Shown one piece after another: positions 1 through 8,756 of a stretch of 64,000 nt of DNA (the first letter of the stretch is position 1; the number at the start of each line of letters is the position of its first letter). The position numbers and the translations under genes were made by a program. The DNA is from Deltaproteobacteria bacterium (GTDB lineage: Bacteria; Myxococcota; Kuafuiibacteriia; Kuafuiibacteriales; Kuafuiibacteriaceae). The stretch covers positions 256,001-320,000 of the forward strand of contig JAVJQW010000070.1 in the NCBI GenBank assembly GCA_040218735.1, given 5' to 3'. Under the pieces are notes generated by a model. The model was not told the DNA's origin. It was given only the letters and a program-made list of their open reading frames with translations, and made no database searches.

Positions 1-1
1 G

Positions 2-886
2 TTGATCGCGAGCGCCTGGCTGTCGAAGAAGATCGCGGAGCCGATCGTCGACCTCTCCTCCGCGGCGCTCGACGTCGGCGCCGGTAACCTCGACGTCCGC
101 ATCGAGCCCAAGTCCGAAGACGAGGTCGGCTCGTTGGTGCGGGTGTTCAATCACATGACGGCCGAGCTGTCCGAGTCCCGCATTCGTCTTCAGCGCGCCG
201 AGCGCGTGGCGGCGTGGCAGCAGATCGCCCGGCGCGTCGCGCACGAGATCAAGAACCCGCTCTTCCCCATCCAGATGTCGATGGAGACGATCCAGAAGAG
301 CTACAAGAAACAGCACCCGAAGCTCGACGAGATCATCGAAGAGTCCACGCGGACCGTGCTCGAGGAGGTCCGCGCGCTCAACCGCATCGTGACGGAGTTC
401 TCGGACTTCGCGCGCCTCCCCGCGGTGAAGCTCGAACCCACCGCGGTGACCCAGCTGCTCGACCACGTCGCGGGCCTCTACAAACGCGATGGCGAAGTGC
501 AGCTCGTGTACGACCGCGAGACGATCCGCGGGCGCGACCTCCCGAAGATCGCCGCGGACCGTGAGCAGCTCGGGCGCGCGCTGATCAACCTCGTGAAGAA
601 CGCGTTCGAAGCGATCGAAGGCCCGGGCACCGTAACGCTGGACGCGATCGCGACGCCGGACGGCGTCGCACTGTCGATCGCCGACACGGGGCCCGGGATG
701 CCCGACGACGTCCGCGCGAAGGTCTTCACGCCCTACTTCACGACGAAGGACTCGGGCACCGGCCTCGGCCTCGCGATCGTGGAGCGCATCGTGTCGGAGC
801 ACGGCGGCACCGTCGACGTGAAGTCGACGGTCGGCGCCGGCACGACGTTTGTCCTGGAGCTGAGGCCCGCGGACGAGCCCCCTTGA
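2..886 (+). CDS. Sensor histidine kinase (HAMP-HisKA-HATPase, NtrY-like), 5'-truncated by window edge
   Basis: HAMP (EPIVDLSSAA...DEVGSL), H-box VAHEIKNPL, N-box NLVKNA, G1 DTGPG, F-box FTPYFTTK, G2 GTGLGLAIV. Confidence 0.95.
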   Translation: MIASAWLSKKIAEPIVDLSSAALDVGAGNLDVRIEPKSEDEVGSLVRVFNHMTAELSESRIRLQRAERVAAWQQIARRVAHEIKNPLFPIQMSMETIQKSYKKQHPKLDEIIEESTRTVLEEVRALNRIVTEFSDFARLPAVKLEPTAVTQLLDHVAGLYKRDGEVQLVYDRETIRGRDLPKIAADREQLGRALINLVKNAFEAIEGPGTVTLDAIATPDGVALSIADTGPGMPDDVRAKVFTPYFTTKDSGTGLGLAIVERIVSEHGGTVDVKSTVGAGTTFVLELRPADEPP

Positions 887-2068
887 TCAGGGGCAGGTGA
901 GGAGCGGGGTCGTCACCGAGGACACCACCGGAGGGGTGTCTTCGGTGTAGGTCACGCCGACCGACTGCGCCGAGGGGTGGTCGTAGCAGAAGAAGTTCGC
1001 GTTCGAGGAGGCCGTCGCGTTGCCGTAACCCTGGTTGCCCAGGAACGTCTCGAAGTCGGAGCGGTCGGTGCCGATGCCGGCCCCGCCCGCGCCGAGCCCG
1101 TAGTACGGCGTGTGGATCGTGAGGAACGCGACGCGGTCGTCACCGATGACCGCGTTGTCGACCTGGAAGATCTCGATACCGATGAACGCGTAGCTCAGCG
1201 TGTGCAGCTGCTGCCCGCTCACGGTGACGTCGCCCTCGGCGTCGGGCTCGCCGAGCCGGGTCCGCACGGTGTTGATGTTGGTGCCGCGCTGACCGAGCCC
1301 CATGAAACCTTCGAGGTCGCCGTTGGAGAGGCGCAGCCGCGAGTCATTCGGATCGATCTCGCCGTCGGGCTCGACGCGGTAGGCGCGGCAGATGGTGATC
1401 GTGCGCGTCATCCCGTTGTCGTCGAGCGCCACGAGGAGGCCGCCCGTGAAGTACTGCAGCAGCGTGCCGGTCGGGTTCGCCGTGATAGCGACCTCGTGCG
1501 GCGCGGCGCCGAACGCCGTCTCGACGTCGGTGCGCGACGCGCCGAGGCCCACGCCGTCCGGCGTCTGCCCGGTGTAGCCGCCCTGGACGGAGATCCACAG
1601 CACCGTGGCGCCCATGTCGACGGTGCCGACCGGACCGAGGCCGGTGTTCGCGAACCACACGGTGAGCACGACGCCGTCGGAGAGCATCCACTCGAAGCTG
1701 CGCGCGTTCATCGCCATGGAGCGCACGCCCGGACCGAGCTTGGTCTGCACGGTCGCAAACGTGTCGACGCCGATCTCGATCCGCCCCTCCGCGACCTGTA
1801 CGTACTGGCCGGGCATCAGCTCGGGGGTCAGCGGCTGGCCACCGTCGCGGTCGCCGCCGTCGCGGACCTCTTCACCCGCGTCACGCGGGCCGCCGTCGCG
1901 ATCGCCGTCGCCCGCGTCGCGGGTGTCGTCGCCCGCGTCGCGGACGTCGCTGGCGCCGCCGTCGCGCTCGAACGGAACGTCGTCGGTGCTGTCGTCACCG
2001 CTCGAGCAGGCGAAGACCGATCCACAGAAGAAGAGCGCCCAGGCGGCGCGTACGCGAGCAGTTCGCAT
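887..2068 (-). CDS. Hypothetical lipoprotein with RDGG/RDAG acidic linker and internally repeated beta-rich domain
   Basis: Signal peptide with lipobox VFAC; RDGG/RDAG repeats; repeated motifs GVGLGASRTDVETAFG and GAGIGTDRSDFETFLG. Confidence 0.8.
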   Translation of the reverse strand: MRTARVRAAWALFFCGSVFACSSGDDSTDDVPFERDGGASDVRDAGDDTRDAGDGDRDGGPRDAGEEVRDGGDRDGGQPLTPELMPGQYVQVAEGRIEIGVDTFATVQTKLGPGVRSMAMNARSFEWMLSDGVVLTVWFANTGLGPVGTVDMGATVLWISVQGGYTGQTPDGVGLGASRTDVETAFGAAPHEVAITANPTGTLLQYFTGGLLVALDDNGMTRTITICRAYRVEPDGEIDPNDSRLRLSNGDLEGFMGLGQRGTNINTVRTRLGEPDAEGDVTVSGQQLHTLSYAFIGIEIFQVDNAVIGDDRVAFLTIHTPYYGLGAGGAGIGTDRSDFETFLGNQGYGNATASSNANFFCYDHPSAQSVGVTYTEDTPPVVSSVTTPLLTCP

Positions 2069-2104
2069 CGCCCCCCCTATAACAACGCGACGCCCGCTCC
2101 GCCA

Positions 2105-2308
2105 TCAGCCCAAGACGAGCCGGAACCGATCCTCGCCGAGGTCGTCCTTGACGCGGCGCACCTCCAGGCGACACCCGCACCAGCTACAGAACACCTCGCT
2201 CCCGAACGTGAACCCCTCGTCCCAGGGGTTGTGGGCCGAGCACTCCGAGCAATCGAACTCGTCCCAGACGAACTTCTTGCCTGTCGTCGACTTGCCGCGC
2301 TCCGCCAC
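2105..2308 (-). CDS. Small zinc-ribbon protein (67 aa)
   Basis: CSEC...CSWC pair; GTG start 4 nt after the kinase stop; typical codon usage. Confidence 0.75.
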   Translation of the reverse strand: MAERGKSTTGKKFVWDEFDCSECSAHNPWDEGFTFGSEVFCSWCGCRLEVRRVKDDLGEDRFRLVLG

Positions 2309-2312
2309 GGAC

Positions 2313-5300
2313 TCAGCGTAGCAGCTTTGCGAACTTCGTGACGCGGCCCTTCTCGATGCGCACGTCGAAGTCGTAGCGACGGCTGTCGCTCATCACGAAC
2401 GTGATGACGTGCGTGCCGACCGGCAGCGCGTACGGCTTGCGGATCGGGGTCCGCTGCCCGGTGTCCTTGCCGTCGATCAGCACCTTCACCCCGGGCGGGC
2501 GCGTGGAGATCATCAGGCTCCCGGTGGACGGGGGCCGACGCACCTTGGGGCGCGGCGGCGGCGGAGGAGGCGGCGCGCGGACCGGGGGCGGTGGAGGTGG
2601 CTCGATGCGCGCGGTCGCGGGCGGCGCAGAGGCGCCGGTGTCCGATCCCGTGTCCGTGTCCGTGTCCGAGTCCGAGTCCGATCCCGTGTCCGAATCCGAG
2701 TCCGATCCCGTGTCCGAATCCGGGTCCGATCCCGTGTCCGAATCCGGGTCCGATCCCGTGTCCGAATCGGAGTCCGATCCCGGGTCCGAATCCGGGTCCG
2801 ATCCCGTGTCCGGGTCCGAGTCCGCCCCCGCGCCCACCTCGGGGTCCGGCGCCGGATCCGCCTCCAGCTCCGGCCCCCGGGCCACGGCGTCCGAGTCGCC
2901 CTCCGGCAGCGCCTCGCTCGGCGGCGGCGCGGCCTTCGAGGAGCGATCCCGATCCAGCGGAACCACCATGGTGTGCGGCTTCGCCTCGCCGATCTCGATC
3001 GTCTGCCGGTAGGTCCTGAAGCCGTCGGCGCGCAGCTCGACGTGGTGGGTCCCGATCGTCAGCTCGTCGATGTCGATCGGGGTCTCCTCCGCGATCACCT
3101 TCCCGTCGAGCACGACGGTCACGTGTCGGGTCGGCTCGGTGACGATCTGCAGCGACGCACCGGACGGCCCGAACGTCAGCACCAGCACCGCGAGCAGTAC
3201 CGCCGCCAGCACGCCGACGCCGCCAGCGAGGAACATCAGCATCCGCGATCGTTCGAGCGACGGCGCGGCGCGCGCGACCACCGCCGCGGAGGGCGTCGCG
3301 CGCGACGGCGACGCGACGTCCGGCGAAGCGAAACGAGGACCGACGTCCGGCGCGAACGGACGCGCGCCGTCCGACGAAGGGAACGGCCCCGCCCCGTTCG
3401 GCGGGTTCGGCGGGAACGGCGTGTCCGGGCCGAGCATCCCCGGCGGCGACGAAGGCATGCGGGGCGCGGGGCCGACGCGGATCTCGTGCGGGTCCCCGGC
3501 GGCCGTCGTCGGATCGTCCATCTCGAGGTCCGACGTCTCGTCGTTGGAGCCCGCGTACGTCGGCACGAACGCCTCGGCGTCCTCGAGCGTGCCGTCGTCC
3601 GACTCGAAGTACTCACCCGAGCGCGAGTCCGGTAGCAGCGCGACCGCGTCCTCCGGCGCCATGCCGACCACGAGCGGCGCGACGTTGGTCGCCGAGTCGT
3701 CCGGACCGTCGAGGTCGTCCGTGTCGTACCGCTCGTCGGGATCGTGGGCCGCCGGCCCGTGCATCGTCGGCGCTTCCTCCTCGGAGTTGGCCGGGTCGTA
3801 GACCTGCGGGTGGACGACCTCGACCTCCTCGGAGATGTCCGCCGAGTCGATCGTCTCCCCTTCGAGCGCACCCACCGCGCCCAAGCGGGAGATGAGCTCC
3901 GCCTGCGCCGCGCTAATCTCGTCGGCGCCGGTGTCGCCCATGACGGTGTCGTTCGCGTCGTCGTAGAGCGTGTCGTTGTCCGGGATGCCGGGGACAGCGT
4001 CGAACTGCGTCCGTTCGGCGGACTCGAAGTCGACCAACGGCGACTCCGTCGTGTCCATCGACGCTTCGATCTGCGGCTTGGGCTCGCTCCCCGCCGCGAC
4101 GACGACCATGTCGCCGTCCGTCAGCGCGGCGTCCTCCTCCGGCGTCTCGTCGAGCTCCGGCGCGCCGAACAGGTGCGCAACCGGGCTTGCGCCGGCGAGG
4201 GTCGGCTGCGCGGCGTCGGAGATCGAGCTCTCGGTCTCGTCGTCTCCGGAGAACGGAGCGGACGGGATCGCGATGCTGTCGGTCGGGCCGCCGAGGTCGT
4301 CGTCGTCGTGCGCGACCGACGCCGGATCCCACGCCGCGTTCTCCCCCTCGCGCGCGAGCGCCGCCACCACGGCCGACGGCGGCGGCGCCGGCGGCTCGGG
4401 CTCCGTCGGCGGGTCCATCTTGAGCCGCATGAACGCCTCGAGCTTCTCGTTCTCGATCTCGATGTCGCGCCCGTACGTCTCCTGCATCCCCGTGCGCAGG
4501 TGACGACCGTGGTACAGCCGGTTGTTCTGCACGAGGAAGTCGAGCAGATCCTCGTGCACCTCGGACGCCCACTGGTAGCGCTGCTTGGGATCCGCCGCGA
4601 GCAGCTTCAGCATCAGCGCCTCGAGCCCCTCCGGGATCTGCGGATTCACCTCGCGCGGCGGCGGGATGATGGCGTTGCGGACGTTCTCCAGCGTCGTGTA
4701 GTCGCTGTCCGCGAGGAAGAGCCGCTGCTGCGTGAGCATCTCGTAGAAGATGACGCCCAACGCAAACAGGTCGCTGCGCCGGTCCGTCGGCTGCCCGCGC
4801 ACCTGCTCCGGCGACATGTACGCGAACTTGCCCTTCAGCACGCCGACCTGCGTGCGCGACACGCGCGAGGCCGCCTTCGCGATGCCGAAGTCACACAGCT
4901 TCACCTCCCCTTCGAAGGAGATGATGACGTTCTGCGGCGTCACGTCGCGGTGGATGATCTTGAGGTCCCGCCCCGCCGGGTCCTTCTTCTTGTGCGCGTA
5001 CTCGAGCGCCTCACACACCCGCGAGACGATGAAACACGCCTTCGGGATCGACATCGGGACCTTCAGCTTCTTCTGGTAGTCCAGGATCTGCCGGAGGTCC
5101 TTGCCGGCGACGTACTCCATCGAGATGAAGAACGTCTCCTCGTGTTTCCCGAGCTCGTAGATCTGGACGATGTTCTGGTGCGTGAGGTGCGCCGCGATGC
5201 GCGCCTCGTCGATGAACATCGTGATGAACTCGTCGTCTTCGAGGAGCGTCGGCAGGATGCGCTTCACCGCGACGATGCGCTCGAACCCCTCGACCCCGAA

Positions 5301-5390
5301 GGCCTTGGCTTTGAAGACCTCCGCCATCCCTCCGACGTTGATGCGCTCGAGGAGGAGGTGGCGGCCGAAGGGGATGGGGTACTTCGACAC
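2313..5390 (-). CDS. Membrane Ser/Thr protein kinase (Hanks type) with acidic linker, TM helix and two extracytoplasmic PEGA domains
   Basis: GGMAEVF, VAVKRI, HRDVTPQN, DFGIAK, YMSPEQ, SDLFALG; TM LMFLAGGVGVLAAVLLAVLVL; PEGA-like ISTRPPGVKVLIDG. Confidence 0.95.
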   Translation of the reverse strand: MSKYPIPFGRHLLLERINVGGMAEVFKAKAFGVEGFERIVAVKRILPTLLEDDEFITMFIDEARIAAHLTHQNIVQIYELGKHEETFFISMEYVAGKDLRQILDYQKKLKVPMSIPKACFIVSRVCEALEYAHKKKDPAGRDLKIIHRDVTPQNVIISFEGEVKLCDFGIAKAASRVSRTQVGVLKGKFAYMSPEQVRGQPTDRRSDLFALGVIFYEMLTQQRLFLADSDYTTLENVRNAIIPPPREVNPQIPEGLEALMLKLLAADPKQRYQWASEVHEDLLDFLVQNNRLYHGRHLRTGMQETYGRDIEIENEKLEAFMRLKMDPPTEPEPPAPPPSAVVAALAREGENAAWDPASVAHDDDDLGGPTDSIAIPSAPFSGDDETESSISDAAQPTLAGASPVAHLFGAPELDETPEEDAALTDGDMVVVAAGSEPKPQIEASMDTTESPLVDFESAERTQFDAVPGIPDNDTLYDDANDTVMGDTGADEISAAQAELISRLGAVGALEGETIDSADISEEVEVVHPQVYDPANSEEEAPTMHGPAAHDPDERYDTDDLDGPDDSATNVAPLVVGMAPEDAVALLPDSRSGEYFESDDGTLEDAEAFVPTYAGSNDETSDLEMDDPTTAAGDPHEIRVGPAPRMPSSPPGMLGPDTPFPPNPPNGAGPFPSSDGARPFAPDVGPRFASPDVASPSRATPSAAVVARAAPSLERSRMLMFLAGGVGVLAAVLLAVLVLTFGPSGASLQIVTEPTRHVTVVLDGKVIAEETPIDIDELTIGTHHVELRADGFRTYRQTIEIGEAKPHTMVVPLDRDRSSKAAPPPSEALPEGDSDAVARGPELEADPAPDPEVGAGADSDPDTGSDPDSDPGSDSDSDTGSDPDSDTGSDPDSDTGSDSDSDTGSDSDSDTDTDTGSDTGASAPPATARIEPPPPPPVRAPPPPPPPRPKVRRPPSTGSLMISTRPPGVKVLIDGKDTGQRTPIRKPYALPVGTHVITFVMSDSRRYDFDVRIEKGRVTKFAKLLR
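2638..2826 (-). repeat. Coding tandem repeat (6-bp xxTCCG units in a ~24-bp higher-order unit) encoding (DSDTGSDP)n
   Basis: Repeated tccgatcccgtgtccgaatccg(g/a)g units read directly. Confidence 0.9.
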
Positions 5391-5476
5391 GACACAATCA
5401 CCGAAAAACGGTGCCAGTGCGCGAGTTTAGGAGGGGGCTTGGAGGGTGTAAAGTCTTTGGGTACCGCCGAGACGCC

Positions 5477-8395
5477 CTAGATCCCGCCGCGGCACACCGG
5501 CGGGTCGACGCTCGTGTCGCACCACTCGCCGACGTCGCACATGCAGGGGTCCTCTTCGACGCAGATGCCGTCGATGCACTCCTCGCCCTCGACGCACTGC
5601 CCTTCACACGGGTCGTCTTCCTCGCACAGGCCCGTCATCGGGTTACACGGCATGTCCTCGGGGCACCCGCCGCCGCACGTCGGGTCGATGACACACTCGT
5701 TGGTGTCCATGTCGCAGATCTGACCGTCCGGACAAATGCAGACCGGCGCGCCCGGATCCGGCGAGCCCTCCTCCCAGGTGCGGTAGCTGATCATCATGTC
5801 GCGGTCCGCGGGCGGCCGCGCCGTGCCGTAGAAGACCAGCTTGTGCTTCACGACGTTGTTCTGGACGTCGAGCTCGAACGCGTAGTCGAAGCCGTTCGCG
5901 CGCGAGCGCGGCACGTCGGCCTGCCCCACGAAGTCGCCGTTCTCGTCCGCGATCACCACGCGGATCGTCGAGCTGATCGGGGGCTTCGTCAGCTCGATCT
6001 GGGAGGCGATGCCCGCGCCGGCTCGGATGATGTCCTGCACGATCTGGCTCATGTCGCCGCAGATCGATCCGGTGCCGCCGCCCGTGGCGCCCGCGATGTC
6101 CACGTAGCCGCGCCCGTGCTGCGAGTTCCCCGTGCAGTCGCCCGAGCCCTGCTCGAAGCTGCAGAAGTCCGCGCCCGTGTTGTTCGGCTGGATGCCGTGG
6201 ATCGCAAACGTGGTCAGGCCCGCGATAGAGGTCTGCTGCGCGAACGCGAGGTACTGGCTCGTGAGCGTGTCGATGCGCGTCTGCTTGCCCGCGTTCTCGG
6301 CGCAGTTCTGATCGTTGCCGCCCGCGGCCTCCTTGATCGAGTAGTCCTCCTCGTCGGACATGTGCACGACGATCGCTGCCGCGCCCTCGCGGAACTTCGT
6401 CGGATCCTCCTGCGCCGTCGCCGGTAGCGCCGCGTTCGCCGCCGCGACGCCCACCACGAGCCCGCGCTCCTGACCGCTGCCGCCGGTGCCCAGCGCGTCG
6501 ACCGCCTGCGCCCACGCCGAAGATGCGGCCTCCGCCGCGGCCCGCGGCGACGACGGCGTGAAGCCGTTCACGCCCCGCGCGGTGATCGAGCCGTCGGCCT
6601 GGTCCGTCGTCGTCAGCGCGAGGCGCCACGACAGCTGCGTCGTCGACAGCAGCGCGACCATCTCGGCGCCCGCGTCGGCGACGGCCTGCTGCTCCTCGGA
6701 CATCGAACACGAGTTGTCGACGACCCACAGCAGGTCGATCACGTCGTTGCCCGGCGGCGTCCGGAACGCGTCGCAGCCGGTGCCGGTGAAGTCGCCGAAC
6801 TGCGAGATGCCGGTGCCGTTGGCGACGTCGGACAGCGCGATGATCTCGGCGTCGTTCGCCACGCCCGGCACCAACGCGCCGACCACGATCGCGCGCAGCG
6901 GCGTGCCCTGCGCGTCGACGCGCAGGATGGTCTCGAAGTAGACCGTGAAGTCACCCGGGTTGTTGCCGGAGCTCGGCAGCGCGCCGCTGAGCGTGCCCGC
7001 GCCCGCGACCTGCTCCGCCATCTCGGCCACCACCTCGATCGCGGTGCGGTTGTTCCGCTGCGCGCGCGCGGTCGTGAACACCGCCGGGAAGCCGTCCCAG
7101 CTGATCAGCGCGCGGTCCTGCTCGTTCGACAGGTTCGCCGCCTGGTCGAGGAGGTCCCGGTTCGCCTGCTTCTCCTGCCCGACGTTGTTGCCGCTCGGCG
7201 TCTTCGAGATCGCGAAGCCCACCACGCCGGACATCGGATCGCTGAACATGATCCCTACGCCGACGCTCGCCGCGTCGCGCAGGATCGCGATCTCCGAGTA
7301 CGACTCGGGGAGCGCCAGGTTGATGTCCGCGCTCGCGAGGCGGTGCTGCGCGATGCGCTTCAGCTGCGACTCCGCGCAGACCACCGCGATGCCTTCGTTG
7401 GCGTCGCCCACGCCGTCGCCGTCGGAGTCCGGGCTGTTCGGGTCGAGCTCCTGCGGCGGCTCGTACAGGCCGTTGTGGTTCCAGTCCTCGTCGCCGTCGA
7501 TCACGCCGTCACCGTCCGTGTCGGGGTTCAGCGGGTCGGTCGTCGTGGACGGATCCATGTCCGGGCGCCAGCGGTTGATGTCCGTCCCCTTCAGCGGGCC
7601 CTGCCCGTCGGGATCCAGAATGGGCATCGACACGCCGAGCTCGACGCCGTCCCAGATGCCGTCGTCGTCCGAGTCGAAGTCGATCGGGCTCGTCTCCCCC
7701 GCATCGACGGTGCCGTTGTGGTTGGCGTCCTCGTCACCGTCCGAGATGCCGTCGTCGTCGGTGTCGAGGTCGAGCGGGTCGGTCTCCGTCGGCTGCACGG
7801 CGCCGTCGAAGTTCGCGTCCTCGACGCCGTCGGACAGGCCGTCGCCGTCCGTGTCGGCGTTGAGCGGGTCGGTGGTCGTGGCGTTGTTCGCGTCGGGGAT
7901 GAAGACGTTGGCGTCCGTGCCCGCGATGCCGGGACGCGAGGAGGTGATCGGCGTGATCGCGCCGCGCTCCTGGCCATCCGAGAGGCCGTCGCCGTCGGTG
8001 TCGAACAGACGCGGGTCCGTTTCGTCGGGTTCGATGACGCCGTTGTGGTTGCGGTCCTCGTCGCCGTCCGAGAGGCCGTCGTCGTCGGTGTCGAGGTCGT
8101 TCGGGAAGGTCTGCAGCGTGTATTCCGCCAGGTTCGTCAGGCCGTCGCCGTCGAGGTCCTCGTTTGCGTCGTTCCGAGTCGGATCGAGCCCGAACATCCG
8201 TTCCCACTCATCATCGATGCCGTCCTGGTCGATATCGGTGGTGATGGTGCCGCCATCGCGTTCGGTGTCCGCGCCCGCGTCGCGGTCGTCGGGTCCGTCG
8301 CCGTCCCCCGCGGGGGCGTCGCCGGAGCAGCCGAACGCGAAGCCGAGCGCCAGGACGCCGAGGAGGGTCGTAAGGGAGTGAGGAGCAGCACGCAT
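5477..8395 (-). CDS. Large lipoprotein: thrombospondin type-3-like Ca-binding repeats, VWA domain, Cys-rich tail
   Basis: Lipobox AFGC; many DTDxDGLSDGxED repeats; [17 protein letters not shown] and SDEED; C-terminal Cys-rich repeats. Confidence 0.9.
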   Translation of the reverse strand: MRAAPHSLTTLLGVLALGFAFGCSGDAPAGDGDGPDDRDAGADTERDGGTITTDIDQDGIDDEWERMFGLDPTRNDANEDLDGDGLTNLAEYTLQTFPNDLDTDDDGLSDGDEDRNHNGVIEPDETDPRLFDTDGDGLSDGQERGAITPITSSRPGIAGTDANVFIPDANNATTTDPLNADTDGDGLSDGVEDANFDGAVQPTETDPLDLDTDDDGISDGDEDANHNGTVDAGETSPIDFDSDDDGIWDGVELGVSMPILDPDGQGPLKGTDINRWRPDMDPSTTTDPLNPDTDGDGVIDGDEDWNHNGLYEPPQELDPNSPDSDGDGVGDANEGIAVVCAESQLKRIAQHRLASADINLALPESYSEIAILRDAASVGVGIMFSDPMSGVVGFAISKTPSGNNVGQEKQANRDLLDQAANLSNEQDRALISWDGFPAVFTTARAQRNNRTAIEVVAEMAEQVAGAGTLSGALPSSGNNPGDFTVYFETILRVDAQGTPLRAIVVGALVPGVANDAEIIALSDVANGTGISQFGDFTGTGCDAFRTPPGNDVIDLLWVVDNSCSMSEEQQAVADAGAEMVALLSTTQLSWRLALTTTDQADGSITARGVNGFTPSSPRAAAEAASSAWAQAVDALGTGGSGQERGLVVGVAAANAALPATAQEDPTKFREGAAAIVVHMSDEEDYSIKEAAGGNDQNCAENAGKQTRIDTLTSQYLAFAQQTSIAGLTTFAIHGIQPNNTGADFCSFEQGSGDCTGNSQHGRGYVDIAGATGGGTGSICGDMSQIVQDIIRAGAGIASQIELTKPPISSTIRVVIADENGDFVGQADVPRSRANGFDYAFELDVQNNVVKHKLVFYGTARPPADRDMMISYRTWEEGSPDPGAPVCICPDGQICDMDTNECVIDPTCGGGCPEDMPCNPMTGLCEEDDPCEGQCVEGEECIDGICVEEDPCMCDVGEWCDTSVDPPVCRGGI

Positions 8396-8463
8396 GGTGG
8401 TTGACCGTCCGTCATCCTGTCGACTTCCTTCAGGAGTGGCAAGGCACCGAATGTCGGATGCGC

Positions 8464-8492
8464 TTGACCTCGCCTGGGGCGATCGCTATAGC
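8464..8492 (+). promoter_or_regulatory. Putative sigma70-type promoter
   Basis: TTGACC (8464-8469), 17-nt spacer, TATAGC (8487-8492), upstream of the small ORF and lon. Confidence 0.6.
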
Positions 8493-8514
8493 CCGCCGAC
8501 GAGGAATCTGAGCC

Positions 8515-8655
8515 ATGGCATCGAACTCCCAGCAGACCGAGAAGAAGCGACTCAACCGCGACCGCAAGATGGGCAAGGCACGCAAGCGCAAGCTCGAGAA
8601 GGAAGGCTCGACGAAGTCCGAGAAGGACCTCTTCGGCAACACGCTCTCGAAGTAG
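8515..8655 (+). CDS. Small basic protein, 46 aa (not in ORF track)
   Basis: MASNSQQTEKKRLNRDRKMGKARKRKLEKEGSTKSEKDLFGNTLSK*; GAGGA RBS at 8501-8505; strong GC3 bias. Confidence 0.75.
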   Translation: MASNSQQTEKKRLNRDRKMGKARKRKLEKEGSTKSEKDLFGNTLSK

Positions 8656-8756
8656 CCGCCCCGCATCCCACCCCCTTCCCCCCCGCCCGAATCGGTGCAA
8701 CGCTTGGCGGAATCGCCGGGCGAACGCACCGGTTTGCCCCAAGGAGTAGATGAGAC

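Noticed and set aside
2638-2826. Tandem repeats here and at 52640-53230 as possible CRISPR arrays
   Set aside because: No unique spacers, units are multiples of 3 and in frame within proteins, and no cas genes are present
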